A stretch of 64,000 bases of DNA from an uncultured Lachnospiraceae bacterium (GCA_964651555.1 CAZYVY010000002.1:27682-91681); one strand, 5' to 3'; numbered from the stretch's first letter, positions 9,834 through 20,401 are shown. Program-made: numbers and translations. Notes: generated from the letters alone by a model not told the origin.

Positions 9834-10970
9834 TTATTCCGGATCATATTCACCATATTCACAACCGATGTTGTATACACGGATATCATCCACCAAAACA
9901 GCCTTACCGTCAATCTTGTCATAAAGACGTACCCTGCCTACGCCATTTCCTCCATTCCAGAGATTGTTATGGCGTTTCTTACCATCCGGTGATTCATAAT
10001 TGATTAAAAGCATATCTTTCTTTTTACAACGTACCATTGTTTTCATCAATGCCGTGCGGTTTTCCTGAACAACATGCCATTCTACATAACTGCCCTTATC
10101 CTCGAATTTGAATTTCGTCTTGGTACAGGTCCAAAATTTAGAAAAGTTAAATTCATATTCCTTCCCTTCATACCAAAACGCACTAAGTAACTTTCCTTTT
10201 AAGGGAACAAAAAATACTTTCGGTCTTCCGCCTCCAATATCAAATACACTGTTATTCAGTTTCTTCCCGGTAATATTACTTACCATATGGTTAGAGGATA
10301 ACCATAACCAAGGCGTTGTAAAATTACGTCCCCAGTTTTTATCTGCATAACCGTAACAATTTTCTTTGGATACAATATATTTACGTCCATCCACGGTTAT
10401 GGTGCCGGTATACAGGGTTTTCATGCCTTCCGCATGCCAGTACATTTCAAAAGCTTTCAACCCGCGAAACAGCTTACTGGTACCATATCCCACATTAAAT
10501 GCAACTTTTTTGTCCACTGACAAATCCCACTGAAGATTTCCCGCCTCACACATATACTCCGGATGTGCTGCCGCTTCCTCTTCACTAACGCTTACACTAC
10601 CACAAATGTGAAAATCCGAACAATAACAATCTTTTGCTTCAAGATAAAAAGGCTTTCTTCCTCTTATTTTTACATCCTTCCATGCAAAAAATCTATGTAC
10701 CTGCTTATGATTCTCTCCCCAGCAGCCGGCCTTTACCATAAGATAAGACGGTTTCTTTCCGGCTTCCTTATTCGCGGGAAGCTGTCCCAGTACGGGTTCG
10801 TCTTCCGCCAATGCAGGATTACAGATAAAATACTCAATAAAAAACGGTTTCTCCTCCCCGGTTTCTGCATCTCTTCCCGTAAAAGAATGCCACCACCAGT
10901 CATAGCCCTGTTCCCGAAAACATCCGGTAAGCATATTTTCATTTTTTGCCAAATCATGTTTGTTAAACAT
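9834..10970 (-). CDS. Tocopherol cyclase family protein
   Basis: GYDWWW, YWH...M, GYADKNWGRNF..PW.W motifs. Confidence 0.75.
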   Translation of the reverse strand: MFNKHDLAKNENMLTGCFREQGYDWWWHSFTGRDAETGEEKPFFIEYFICNPALAEDEPVLGQLPANKEAGKKPSYLMVKAGCWGENHKQVHRFFAWKDVKIRGRKPFYLEAKDCYCSDFHICGSVSVSEEEAAAHPEYMCEAGNLQWDLSVDKKVAFNVGYGTSKLFRGLKAFEMYWHAEGMKTLYTGTITVDGRKYIVSKENCYGYADKNWGRNFTTPWLWLSSNHMVSNITGKKLNNSVFDIGGGRPKVFFVPLKGKLLSAFWYEGKEYEFNFSKFWTCTKTKFKFEDKGSYVEWHVVQENRTALMKTMVRCKKKDMLLINYESPDGKKRHNNLWNGGNGVGRVRLYDKIDGKAVLVDDIRVYNIGCEYGEYDPE

Positions 10971-10991
10971 TTAAATTCCTCCTTTTGTACT

Positions 10992-11537
10992 TTAACCGGC
11001 CCAAAATTCCAGTTTTACCTCACCTTCCAAATCTTTCCAAATAAAATCACCGTCTTCCCAAATCATATATCCATGCCAGCTGTCTTCCTTCGGTATGGAT
11101 ACCGAGCCAGGATTCATGTAACAGAACCCCTCCTTTTGCAGGCATTTCGGCACATGGGTATGTCCGCAAAGCAATATTTCACCTTTTTGCAGCAACGGCG
11201 GATTCGTTTCACCGTATACATGCCCATGTGTTGCATACACGGTAATGCTTCCCGCATTCAAAATACAATAATCTGCCATAACCGGAAACTGAAGTACCAT
11301 CTGATCCACTTCCGTGTCGCAATTCCCCCGCACACAAAGTATCTTATCTTTATATGCATTCAACAGTTCTATAACTTTCTTGGGTGCATATCCCTCAGGC
11401 AAATCATTTCGGGGACCATGATATAATAAATCCCCCAACAGCAACAATTTATCTGCCTCTTCCCTTTCAAATGCTTCCATCATTTTTTTGCAATACTTTT
11501 CCGAACCGTGTATGTCCGATGCAATCATCCACTTCAT
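10992..11537 (-). CDS. yfcE: YfcE-family metallophosphoesterase
   Basis: SDIHGS, LGDLLYHGPRN, VRGNCD, THGH, GHTH, NPGS. Confidence 0.88.
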   Translation of the reverse strand: MKWMIASDIHGSEKYCKKMMEAFEREEADKLLLLGDLLYHGPRNDLPEGYAPKKVIELLNAYKDKILCVRGNCDTEVDQMVLQFPVMADYCILNAGSITVYATHGHVYGETNPPLLQKGEILLCGHTHVPKCLQKEGFCYMNPGSVSIPKEDSWHGYMIWEDGDFIWKDLEGEVKLEFWAG

Positions 11538-13396
11538 TCTATCCTCCTGCTGTCAAAATACACAAAGGCATCTATGGCATCCAAGATATCCTTAAACGTA
11601 TCTCTGTCTGCCACCTCAATGTATTTTTTCAAAATTTCATTTTCTTTTTCTCCACGATACCTTCCGTAAAAAATATCAAACAGATTATGTCCTCTTCCGT
11701 AAATAAGGATAGTCTCCAGATTGTTTCTGATATCCTCTTTGCCGCAGATTTCCAATCCTGTAATTTCCTTCATTTTTTTGAAGCTTTTAATGCGGTAAAG
11801 ATATTCCTGATACTTCTCAAATAGTATATCATAAAAATCTTCTTCGCTTTTTATCACTCCGATTTTCGCCATTACAGAAGGATTTAAAAAATAATTTTCA
11901 AACGAATAATACTTTAAAATAAGGACATTACGTTCCCTGACTCTTGGCAAAGCTCCCGTATCCTGTCTGCTTCTTTCATCATAGTACGTACACAGCTGTT
12001 TTTTTAATTCTTCCGCATCCTTACCGTCACCGTCACGAATCATAAGAAAATGGTCTTTCAAATACAGCTGATTCATGTATTTTAAGTTTGCATAGGTGCG
12101 GATATTGGTACAACTGTTCGTTGCCACAATGGCAATACGCTGCAAATTACCGTCCTTATCATATACTTCCGAATAATACTTGTTTAACAGTAGCGGCAAG
12201 CGGTTTCGATCCTGTTTTCCTTCCACGATAAAAACAAAATTTACATTCATGAAGTCGTTGGCACTGTATCCCAAATCATCCAAAATTCTTCCGATATCGT
12301 TTTGCTCCCTGATGATCGGGAATCCTTCTTCATTTAGCTGTACCTGCTTAATCTGCTTTTTATTAAAATTAAAAATCATGGTAGGTGAATGGGTTGAAAA
12401 AATCACCTGATTTTTTTCCGATAACCGGTATAAGGTTTCACTGGCAGTTTTCTGCAGCTCCGGATGCAAAAACAACTCCGGGTCCTCCAGCATAAGAATA
12501 CAGGGCAGTTTCTCTTCCTCCTGCATGTAGGCTTCCAATAGGGAAAGAATATAAATACTCTTCATCCCTTCACTCATATCATATATGGACTCGTACATAT
12601 CGCTGTTCTCGGGATAACGTACCACATCCACTTTCATCATGGAAGATACATCAATATTGATATGATTTACCAGACTGTCTTTTAAACCGGAATTTTTACG
12701 GAAACACTGATTAAGCCTCTCCATAAAATCATCGCTGTCTGCATGAAGCATTTTGTATTCCAATAATTTTTCAGTTTCAAAAATCGTCAACTCACCAACC
12801 GGTTTCTTTTCAATTTTACCGATACATTGGAAACAGGTATTACATTGCCTGCTTTCATCAAACATACATTTATTCTCACGCAGAGTGCCCACTGTTTTCT
12901 CACGAATACCCGTACGTAAAATATCTTCTTCAATTTCATCAATATTTCTCCGGTGATCAATATAATAAATCTTCGGAAGAATCTTTTGAATATATTCATT
13001 ATCCTTTTTTATGCCGTCAGAATACTTTATCTTTCCATCCCTGTTTGCAATGAAAGTAAAGGTAAGCATTCCATCATGGTAAGAGGGGAACTTCGCACAA
13101 AAATCTTCATAAAAGAGTTCATAGCGCTTATAGCGGCTGATAACCCCCTGCCGATGAAACATGTGCAGAGCATCATTGGACACAGACATTTTGACGGTAA
13201 TTTCAATGTTACTGCTGGATTCATTGAAGTGCTTCTGTTTCACTTCTTTCTGCCCGCAAGCCGTAAGAATTGCATCCAGAATAGCCGTTTTACCTACACT
13301 GTTTTTACCGATAAAAATGCAGGCATTCTCCATCTGCTTAATTTCAAGTTCATGTATGAATTTATAATTTTTAATTTTCAAGGATTCAATTTTCAT
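11534..13396 (-). CDS. OLD-family ATP-dependent nuclease (ABC ATPase + TOPRIM)
   Basis: KIKNYK, Walker A GKNSVGKT, MSEG signature, LEDPELFLHP, STHSP, TOPRIM IVEG..D, RDGD, FENYF. Confidence 0.8.
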   Translation of the reverse strand: MKIESLKIKNYKFIHELEIKQMENACIFIGKNSVGKTAILDAILTACGQKEVKQKHFNESSSNIEITVKMSVSNDALHMFHRQGVISRYKRYELFYEDFCAKFPSYHDGMLTFTFIANRDGKIKYSDGIKKDNEYIQKILPKIYYIDHRRNIDEIEEDILRTGIREKTVGTLRENKCMFDESRQCNTCFQCIGKIEKKPVGELTIFETEKLLEYKMLHADSDDFMERLNQCFRKNSGLKDSLVNHINIDVSSMMKVDVVRYPENSDMYESIYDMSEGMKSIYILSLLEAYMQEEEKLPCILMLEDPELFLHPELQKTASETLYRLSEKNQVIFSTHSPTMIFNFNKKQIKQVQLNEEGFPIIREQNDIGRILDDLGYSANDFMNVNFVFIVEGKQDRNRLPLLLNKYYSEVYDKDGNLQRIAIVATNSCTNIRTYANLKYMNQLYLKDHFLMIRDGDGKDAEELKKQLCTYYDERSRQDTGALPRVRERNVLILKYYSFENYFLNPSVMAKIGVIKSEEDFYDILFEKYQEYLYRIKSFKKMKEITGLEICGKEDIRNNLETILIYGRGHNLFDIFYGRYRGEKENEILKKYIEVADRDTFKDILDAIDAFVYFDSRRIE

Positions 13397-13617
13397 ACGC
13401 TGTCTCCCATACCCTTTTTTCTATTATAAAATCCGCACTTTCATTCGTCAATGTCCAGATAGCTTTTCAACTTTTGTGTAATATTACTTTCAAATTCCTT
13501 ATTTTTTTACCGTTTTGAGTGAAATTTCCAAAAATATTTTTTTTAATTGACAAAAATAATTTTTTGAATATTATAAATAGTGTATTAAAAATATTTAAGT
13601 AAAAGAGGAGAATTATA

Positions 13618-14019
13618 ATGAAAAAAAGATTACTTACTTTACTTGTTGCCATGATTATGGTACTCAGTTTAGCCGCTTGCGGAAAACCCGCCACTGTTGA
13701 AGAGTATTATTCACAGCCTGTATTAAAAGAAGCACTCGACTCACAGATGGAAGAATTGAAAGCATCTTATAATGGCGTTTACTCTGACTTAGGTTATGAT
13801 TTAGACGGTAACACATTCATCTACTACTACCAGTACGCTGTACAGATTGAGGATGTTGATTCTGCAAAACAGCAGCTTGCAGCTTCCCTCACCGATGAAA
13901 TGATGGCAGGTATCGTTTCAGACGTTTCCGCTGAATGTGGTGTTGCAGATGTTACGCTTAAGTACACATTCTACAATGCTGACGGTTCTGTTTTATATGA
14001 GGACTCTTATCCCCAGTAA
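13618..14019 (+). CDS. Small lipoprotein
   Basis: Lipobox LAAC after a hydrophobic signal; AGAGGAG RBS. Confidence 0.8.
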   Translation: MKKRLLTLLVAMIMVLSLAACGKPATVEEYYSQPVLKEALDSQMEELKASYNGVYSDLGYDLDGNTFIYYYQYAVQIEDVDSAKQQLAASLTDEMMAGIVSDVSAECGVADVTLKYTFYNADGSVLYEDSYPQ

Positions 14020-14040
14020 AGAATCAGCCTTTGAAATGAT

Positions 14041-14079
14041 AATAACCCGACGGGTATGAACCGGCGGGTTATTTTTTTT
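14041..14079. terminator. Intrinsic (probably bidirectional) terminator
   Basis: AATAACCCG..CGGGTTATT stem plus T-tract between convergent genes. Confidence 0.75.
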
Positions 14080-14103
14080 GCCTTTTAACTTCAGTTTAAT
14101 GTA

Positions 14104-16200
14104 TTATTTATGAACTCTTTTTGAAGCAACCTTTTTCTGCAGTTTTGCAACATGACCGGGTGTACAATAATATAAGGTCAATGCAAATATCAGAATTGTT
14201 CCCAACACTGCCAGAAAATACTGAATAATTGACTGTTCTGCAACAACACCTGCCAATACAAACATCAAATAACAAAAACTTAGCATAGCTGCAAATACAT
14301 ACTTAACAGGAGCATAATAAAATATTTCTTTTGCGCCGTCCCTTCTGATAAACAGATATCCTGCTGCTACCAGCAGCATAATACCGATAAAGAGATATAT
14401 CATCGCAATAACCGGATTTACATCTCCATAAAGTAACCCTACAAAATCATAAAGGAAATTATAACAATTACTCTCCAATACCATTATCGTTACAACAAAG
14501 ATGAATAATGCCGCCACTCCACAATAAACATTTTTCATACTGCCACTGACCGCTACCGCGTCTATCAGATACATTGCACCCATCAGGCAAATGGCTATGC
14601 ATAGAACAGTTACCGCCAACAAAAACTGGTCTCCTACCAAAGTCATGATATCAAGTTCTGGCCTAAAGTGATTCATTAGTTTGTTATAGTAAATCAAATA
14701 TCCCACTGCCGTACATGTAAAGACAAGTAAAGGCACAACAATTACACTCAAATCCATTAATACCTTCGTACAATAAATCTTTATACGGCTTACCGGTAAA
14801 GTCTCATAAAATTCTCGGGATGCTTTTGTTCTTTCCATCGAAAAATGTATGCACTTAAACACAATAAAGCCTAAAAGAATAAACATTGCATATTGGTATC
14901 GATAAGCACTCTTAAAATATTCCAGATACCACGTATCGTAATCAAACCAAATCATTGCATCATAAAAATAATGACGCAGATAATCCAGATTTGAAGTTAT
15001 ATCTATTACTTGAGTAATCAGTATAATGATTCCTGTTGCAATCAAATAGCTTTTTATTCCCTGTGCAACAATCGGATTCCATATTTTCTTTTTCTCTTTT
15101 ACGGCAAGTTTATACACTTTTCCTTTTTTATGATATAAAAAGTAAAGCATTCCAAGTTCTGCCGCTATGGTTATGATAATCGCCGTAGGCGTCAAAAACC
15201 AATCCTCTGCCCATACAAAGAAGAAAAATCCGCCAAATACCAAAAGAATAATATTCAAAAATGAAATATAAAAAATCTTTCCTTTGGATAATTCCCTGAA
15301 ATATGCATGTGCAATCATACAACCAATCATCAACACAATCATAACACTTAGAACCACCGCCGCATATGATGTATACGAATTGGTACAAATGCCACCGTTC
15401 CACTGATAATTGCCAAAATAGGCATTCACATTAAAAACTGACACTTTCATGCGAAAGGAATCACTGATTTCCCAGTCTTTTTCATACCAATAACGTAAGT
15501 CGTACAAAAACTCATTCATGGAAGACCAAAAAATAAGTCCAATCGGCAATCCCACTGCCCACTTCTTGAATACGGTTGTAAAAAGAAATAAAACCGTTAT
15601 CAGGGCATATAAAAACAAAGTCATCATGCCAAGCTGGTACAACAATGATATATTGTTAACGGTTACCAGATTTCCCGGTACCATTGCTCCGAGAATATCC
15701 GGAAACTTTTCTGCCAGAGTCAGAATTTTTCCATTTATGTGGCTGAAGTAAATCAAATGAATTATCGTAACAACAATAACATTGAAAAGAAAAATTCCGA
15801 TGGTTGCGATGTAATTATATAATTCCAATGCAACCCTTTTTACCGGAAGAGTTTCCATGAATTCTCTGGTTCCCTTATCACTCATGTTAAAATAACTAAA
15901 AATCACGGTAACGATAATAACCAAAACAGTTCCCACATATCCCATATAATTATAGTTATTTAGAAAACCTCTCATAAGGGCTTCAGAATTCAAACCATCC
16001 CGAAAGACATCTGCACGCTCCGTTAACATCCTCTCCAGTTGTGCCTCCGTAACCATGTCTAAACCGGTTTCAAAGCCCAGCGCTTTCGTTTCCACCGTTA
16101 AATTATAAAACGCACCGGCAATTGATAATAACAATGTCAACACCAGAACCGTAAGATAAAATTCTTTCCGCTGTTTTATCAACAAAACTATATCCTTCAT
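14104..16200 (-). CDS. ABC transporter permease (internally duplicated)
   Basis: Two copies of REF.ETLPV.R and about 16 TM segments; follows an ABC ATPase. Confidence 0.75.
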   Translation of the reverse strand: MKDIVLLIKQRKEFYLTVLVLTLLLSIAGAFYNLTVETKALGFETGLDMVTEAQLERMLTERADVFRDGLNSEALMRGFLNNYNYMGYVGTVLVIIVTVIFSYFNMSDKGTREFMETLPVKRVALELYNYIATIGIFLFNVIVVTIIHLIYFSHINGKILTLAEKFPDILGAMVPGNLVTVNNISLLYQLGMMTLFLYALITVLFLFTTVFKKWAVGLPIGLIFWSSMNEFLYDLRYWYEKDWEISDSFRMKVSVFNVNAYFGNYQWNGGICTNSYTSYAAVVLSVMIVLMIGCMIAHAYFRELSKGKIFYISFLNIILLVFGGFFFFVWAEDWFLTPTAIIITIAAELGMLYFLYHKKGKVYKLAVKEKKKIWNPIVAQGIKSYLIATGIIILITQVIDITSNLDYLRHYFYDAMIWFDYDTWYLEYFKSAYRYQYAMFILLGFIVFKCIHFSMERTKASREFYETLPVSRIKIYCTKVLMDLSVIVVPLLVFTCTAVGYLIYYNKLMNHFRPELDIMTLVGDQFLLAVTVLCIAICLMGAMYLIDAVAVSGSMKNVYCGVAALFIFVVTIMVLESNCYNFLYDFVGLLYGDVNPVIAMIYLFIGIMLLVAAGYLFIRRDGAKEIFYYAPVKYVFAAMLSFCYLMFVLAGVVAEQSIIQYFLAVLGTILIFALTLYYCTPGHVAKLQKKVASKRVHK

Positions 16201-16209
16201 AGGCGCCTC

Positions 16210-17088
16210 CTACTCTTTTCTGTTTTCTTCCAGAGTAACAAACAACTCTTCCAGACTTAAGGCTACCGGCTCAATAAAGCTTGCTCCAAGTTCTTTCAAC
16301 TCAGCTTCCTTATCTGCATCATAGTCCTTAATGATTAGCGTATAAATGCTTCCTACATTACTAATACGAAGTAAATCCTTGCGATTGTACAATGCAGGCC
16401 CTGCGCCACCTTCAAATACCACATTCACCTTGGTCAACACATCCTTCATACTGTCCATAGACATCTGTCGCTCTACCTTTCCCTGATGAATCATAGTGAC
16501 GGAATCACATATTTTCTCGAGACCCATAAGATTATGGGAGCTGATTAATATGCCGATTTCATTTTCTTCGGCCTCTTTTATCAATACTTTATAAAAAGCT
16601 TCCTTTGCCACAGGGTCAAGACCTGATGTAGGTTCATCCAGAATTAAATACTTCGGTTTCTTGGCAATTTCCAACATAATTGCCAAACGCATCTTCTGCC
16701 CTTTTGACAAAGAACTGATTGTCTTCTCCAAAGGAATCTCAAAAATTTCATTCAGATAATTAAACTTCTCCACATCAAATTCCGGATAAAACCGCTGATA
16801 CATTTTCACCATTTTAATTGCATTGTAAAAACGTATGTATTCATTGGAATCAGCCACATATCCTATTTTCACCTTTGCACTGGGATTGTCATAAATGGCA
16901 TCTCCATCCACAAGAATTTCACCCTTATCAGTTTTGTAAACCCCGGTTGCACATTTTATTAATGTGGTTTTACCGGCACTGTTTTCACCAATCAGTCCGT
17001 GAATTTCCCCGGGTTTTACTTCCAAGGAAATACCGTGCAACACTTCTGTTTTTTCATAACTTTTATATATGTCTTTAATCTCTATCAT
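16210..17088 (-). CDS. ABC transporter ATP-binding protein (YtrB-like)
   Basis: GENSAGKTT, LSKGQ, LILDEPTSGLD, SSH. Confidence 0.92.
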   Translation of the reverse strand: MIEIKDIYKSYEKTEVLHGISLEVKPGEIHGLIGENSAGKTTLIKCATGVYKTDKGEILVDGDAIYDNPSAKVKIGYVADSNEYIRFYNAIKMVKMYQRFYPEFDVEKFNYLNEIFEIPLEKTISSLSKGQKMRLAIMLEIAKKPKYLILDEPTSGLDPVAKEAFYKVLIKEAEENEIGILISSHNLMGLEKICDSVTMIHQGKVERQMSMDSMKDVLTKVNVVFEGGAGPALYNRKDLLRISNVGSIYTLIIKDYDADKEAELKELGASFIEPVALSLEELFVTLEENRKE

Positions 17089-17462
17089 ACACTCATCTCC
17101 TTATACAATTCTTTGACCAACTCAGTCACCTCTTCTTCCGCCAGCCCCATCACCCTTAATTCCAGCACTGCCGAGCGCATCATCTTCTTAATTTCTTCCA
17201 TTCGGCTCTCGTCCGGTTTTAATTCTATTTTACCGGCAATAAAAGTACCCTTTCCCCGAATGGTTTCGATAATGTGCTGACGTTCCAATTCCTGATATGC
17301 CTTGGCTACTGTTCCCGGTGTAATGGAAATATCCAATGCCAACTTACGCACGGATGGAATGGCATCTCCGGGCTTTAGATGACCTTTTAAAACGTGGAAT
17401 TTTACCTGCTCCACGATTTGTTCATAAATTGGTTTGTTACTTTTAAAATCTAAAACAATCAT
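17085..17462 (-). CDS. GntR/YtrA-subfamily repressor
   Basis: PIYEQI, L.PGD.IPSVR.LA, TVAKAY.ELE, RGKGTF; AAAGGAGG RBS before ATG 17462. Confidence 0.9.
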   Translation of the reverse strand: MIVLDFKSNKPIYEQIVEQVKFHVLKGHLKPGDAIPSVRKLALDISITPGTVAKAYQELERQHIIETIRGKGTFIAGKIELKPDESRMEEIKKMMRSAVLELRVMGLAEEEVTELVKELYKEMSV

Positions 17463-17493
17463 GTAAGTCCTCCTTTCAGATTGACTTTGTTTC

Positions 17494-17546
17494 AACTGTA
17501 TCACTTTGTATGATACAGTTATAACACTTTTATTTTTAAATGTCAA
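17494..17546 (-). promoter_or_regulatory. sigmaA promoter and palindromic GntR operator
   Basis: TTGACA(17546-17541)-17bp-TATAAC; perfect inverted repeat AACTGTATCA-N7-TGATACAGTT at 17494-17520 overlapping the -10/start. Confidence 0.85.
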
Positions 17547-17659
17547 TATAATCATGAAATTTATCAACAAAAATAAAGTTATTAATTGCATCAAAAAATC
17601 GCTTAAATCCCAAAAAGACCTAAGCGATTATAATATATCAAATTCTATATTTTTATAAG

Positions 17660-17899
17660 TCACATGGCTGCTTCGAAATCTTCTATATTTTTCGAATTTG
17701 CCGCCAACAATAACCATTGAGTTAATATATTTATATCCTTTTCACTACTAATTTTTGCTTCTGTTTCAGGCGACAATCGACCTTTTTGATTCATTATACA
17801 TATGATAGCTTCTGCTTTTCCTTCTGCTTTTCCTTCCTCATAACTCTCTTCTTTTTCAAGCCGTATATGTTTCTCTGCATCATATTCAAATATACTCAT
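17660..17899 (-). CDS. Putative intragenic in-frame small protein (RpnS-like antitoxin, 79 aa)
   Basis: GGAGGT at 17912-17907, then 7 nt, then in-frame ATG (MSIFEYD...) inside the rpn gene. Confidence 0.55.
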   Translation of the reverse strand: MSIFEYDAEKHIRLEKEESYEEGKAEGKAEAIICIMNQKGRLSPETEAKISSEKDINILTQWLLLAANSKNIEDFEAAM

Positions 17900-18628
17900 A
17901 GCTACTACCTCCGCACGCTGTGCCTCCAAAAACTTTGCGAGAATCCCCTCTCGGATACAGTCGTCCACCGCTTTATGTACTGCCGCCCGCAGCTCCATAG
18001 TCTTTCGGTTTCCTCGAATCTTCGTGGTAAACAGCATATATTCTTTCAAGAGTCCGCAAGCCCCCAATAACTCTTCATTCATACCAGGATTAATATTGTA
18101 TACAGTCACAACCAGTTCTAATTCCGGGTTATCCACAGTTTTATGAAAAAGATCTGACAAACGATACTCCATCCGCTCCGGCAGTTGTGTACTTCCGTTA
18201 TAAAACACAACAAAACGCGGTGTAGGAATCTGTACCCTCTTACTGCCGTACAGGTTCTTCTCCGTTACCATTTTCTGAAGCTGCTGTGCCACATAAAACA
18301 AATCCCGCAACGGTATATTCGGATTTACAGTAGACTGATGCTCATAAAGGCTTAGCTCAAATGCGAACATACAGGAAATATCGTTCTTCATCCCCATATA
18401 AACTGCATTCTCCAATGTAGTAATTTCCAAGTCGTCAACATTGGTAAAATCTGTCCCATTCACTGCATTATACAGACTTAGCAGTGCACTCTTCTCGCGA
18501 AAAAGCATCCGAAATACCGTATCCTTATAGTTTCGCTCTACCAATGGCGATACAGTATAATCTTTCTCTTCTTGCATGACAGCTTCTTCCTGCCCGGTAG
18601 CAAAATACTCTGTGTATTTCATACACAT
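17660..18628 (-). CDS. Rpn/YhgA-like PD-(D/E)XK nuclease family protein
   Basis: YKD.VFRMLF, KNDIS, LYEHQST.NPN.PLR, P.FVVFYNG, C-terminal EEGKAEGKAE tail. Confidence 0.7.
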   Translation of the reverse strand: MCMKYTEYFATGQEEAVMQEEKDYTVSPLVERNYKDTVFRMLFREKSALLSLYNAVNGTDFTNVDDLEITTLENAVYMGMKNDISCMFAFELSLYEHQSTVNPNIPLRDLFYVAQQLQKMVTEKNLYGSKRVQIPTPRFVVFYNGSTQLPERMEYRLSDLFHKTVDNPELELVVTVYNINPGMNEELLGACGLLKEYMLFTTKIRGNRKTMELRAAVHKAVDDCIREGILAKFLEAQRAEVVAMSIFEYDAEKHIRLEKEESYEEGKAEGKAEAIICIMNQKGRLSPETEAKISSEKDINILTQWLLLAANSKNIEDFEAAM

Positions 18629-18976
18629 ACCTCCTTATTCCGCAGGTATTCTTCCAATCCCTGCTTATGTTGTAGTGTGAATTTAAAGCATGGATTTTCA
18701 AGAACTCCTTCCGAACAAAGGATTGATGGCGAAATGCCTTGATTTGTATCGGCTGAATATCCGGTACAAAAAAGAAAATATGCTTTGAATGTATTTTATA
18801 AAAGTACTCTTTAAAAATCAATTGGTAAATATGACGAAAAACTACTGGCATACAAATATTCAGACATATTTCTTCAACTCACCGTTGCTAAATTCACTAT
18901 TTTTTATTATTATAATTCTGTAGTTGTTTGTATCTGTAAGACAAACAACAAATTTTACCCATGGAGGAAAACAAAA

Positions 18977-20401
18977 ATGGCTAGAAATGCTCAGGATTTA
19001 ATGAAAATGATCCAGGAAAACGGTATTCAGATGGTAGACTTTAAAATCGTTGATATCAACGGACAGTACCGCCATGTAACCATTCCTGCCTCTAATTTTA
19101 CGGAAGAAACAATCAAAGACGGTATCGGATTCGATGCTTCCAACTATGGCTATGCAGTTGTAGAAAAAAGCGATATGGTATTCATTCCCGACTTGGATAC
19201 TGCAGTGGTAGATCCCTTTTGCGGAATTCCTACATTATCCATTACCGGTAATGCCATGATTATCGATTACCCTAACAACCGTCCTTTGGATCAGTATCCC
19301 AGAAACATTGTTTTAGCGGCTGAGCAATATATGAAAGATACAGGCATTGCTGATACAATGCTTATTTTACCGGAATTCGAATTCCACTTATTTGATAACG
19401 TAAACTGGAGCGTTCGTCCCGATGCCATCAGCATGAGCATTGATGCAGAACAGGCTTACTGGAACAGCGATGTACAGGGTGCCGGCGTAATTGTTCCGCA
19501 TCAAAAGGCATACCATGTGGCAAAGCCTCTTGACACTTCTTATGAGTGCCGTTCCGAAATGGTTCTCGAAATGGAAAAAGCAGGCATTCCCATTAAATAT
19601 CATCATCCCGAAGTTGGTGCGGCAGGCCAGTTTGAAATTGAACCCATGCTGGGTCAGATGTCAAAAATGGCAGACGCTACCATGATGATTAAATACATCA
19701 TTCACAATACCGCATTAAAATATGGTAAAACCGCTACTTTCATGCCCAAGCCCGTATACAATGAGGCCGGAAACGGAATGCATGTACACATGCTTCTTTT
19801 AAAAGATGGCCAGCCTGTATTCTCTGACGATAACGGCTACTCACATTTAAGTGAAACTGCACACTATTTTATGGGTGGACTTTTAAAACATATTTCTTCC
19901 CTTTGTGCATTAACCAATCCTTCCACCAACTCTTTCAAGAGACTGGTGCCCGGATTTGAAGCTCCCGTCACCGTAGGTTATGCAACTTCAAACAGAAGTG
20001 CGGTTATCCGTATTCCTGCATACGCAAAAACTCCGGAATTAAGGCGTTTCGAACTCCGTAACCCGGATGCAACCTGTAATCCTTACCTTTGCTATGCAGC
20101 TATCCTTATGGCCGGTCTTGACGGAGTCAAAAATAAAATCGATCCGCATGCAAACGGTTGGGGGCCTTACGATATGAACCTTTATTCACTCTCTCCCGAA
20201 GAGAAAGCGAAGTTATCAGCCCTTCCTACCAACTTAGGTGATGCTTTGGATGCACTGGAAGCTGACCACGACTATTTGACAGCAGGTGGCGTATTCCCTG
20301 AACACTTAATCAAAAACTTCATTGCAAACAAGCGTAAGGAAGTTGCTGAAATGGCAAAAATTCCCCATCCTGCAGAATTTGAAAAATATTTTAATCTATA
20401 A
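18977..20401 (+). CDS. glnA: Type I glutamine synthetase
   Basis: GIGFDASN, PEFEF, HHPEVG..GQ.EI, TFMPKP..GNGMH.H, RLVPGFEAP, NRSA.IRIP, ELR.PD. Confidence 0.95.
   Translation: MARNAQDLMKMIQENGIQMVDFKIVDINGQYRHVTIPASNFTEETIKDGIGFDASNYGYAVVEKSDMVFIPDLDTAVVDPFCGIPTLSITGNAMIIDYPNNRPLDQYPRNIVLAAEQYMKDTGIADTMLILPEFEFHLFDNVNWSVRPDAISMSIDAEQAYWNSDVQGAGVIVPHQKAYHVAKPLDTSYECRSEMVLEMEKAGIPIKYHHPEVGAAGQFEIEPMLGQMSKMADATMMIKYIIHNTALKYGKTATFMPKPVYNEAGNGMHVHMLLLKDGQPVFSDDNGYSHLSETAHYFMGGLLKHISSLCALTNPSTNSFKRLVPGFEAPVTVGYATSNRSAVIRIPAYAKTPELRRFELRNPDATCNPYLCYAAILMAGLDGVKNKIDPHANGWGPYDMNLYSLSPEEKAKLSALPTNLGDALDALEADHDYLTAGGVFPEHLIKNFIANKRKEVAEMAKIPHPAEFEKYFNL

Noticed and set aside
10563..11426. 287-aa plus-strand ORF and the many other antisense ORFs in the track
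   Set aside because: They overlap well-supported genes on the opposite strand and show no RBS or recognisable motifs
11534..13396. Gabija (GajA) call
   Set aside because: No UvrD-like GajB gene adjacent
17660..18628. Insertion sequence
   Set aside because: No terminal inverted repeats or target duplication seen; the Rpn family is not a demonstrated transposase
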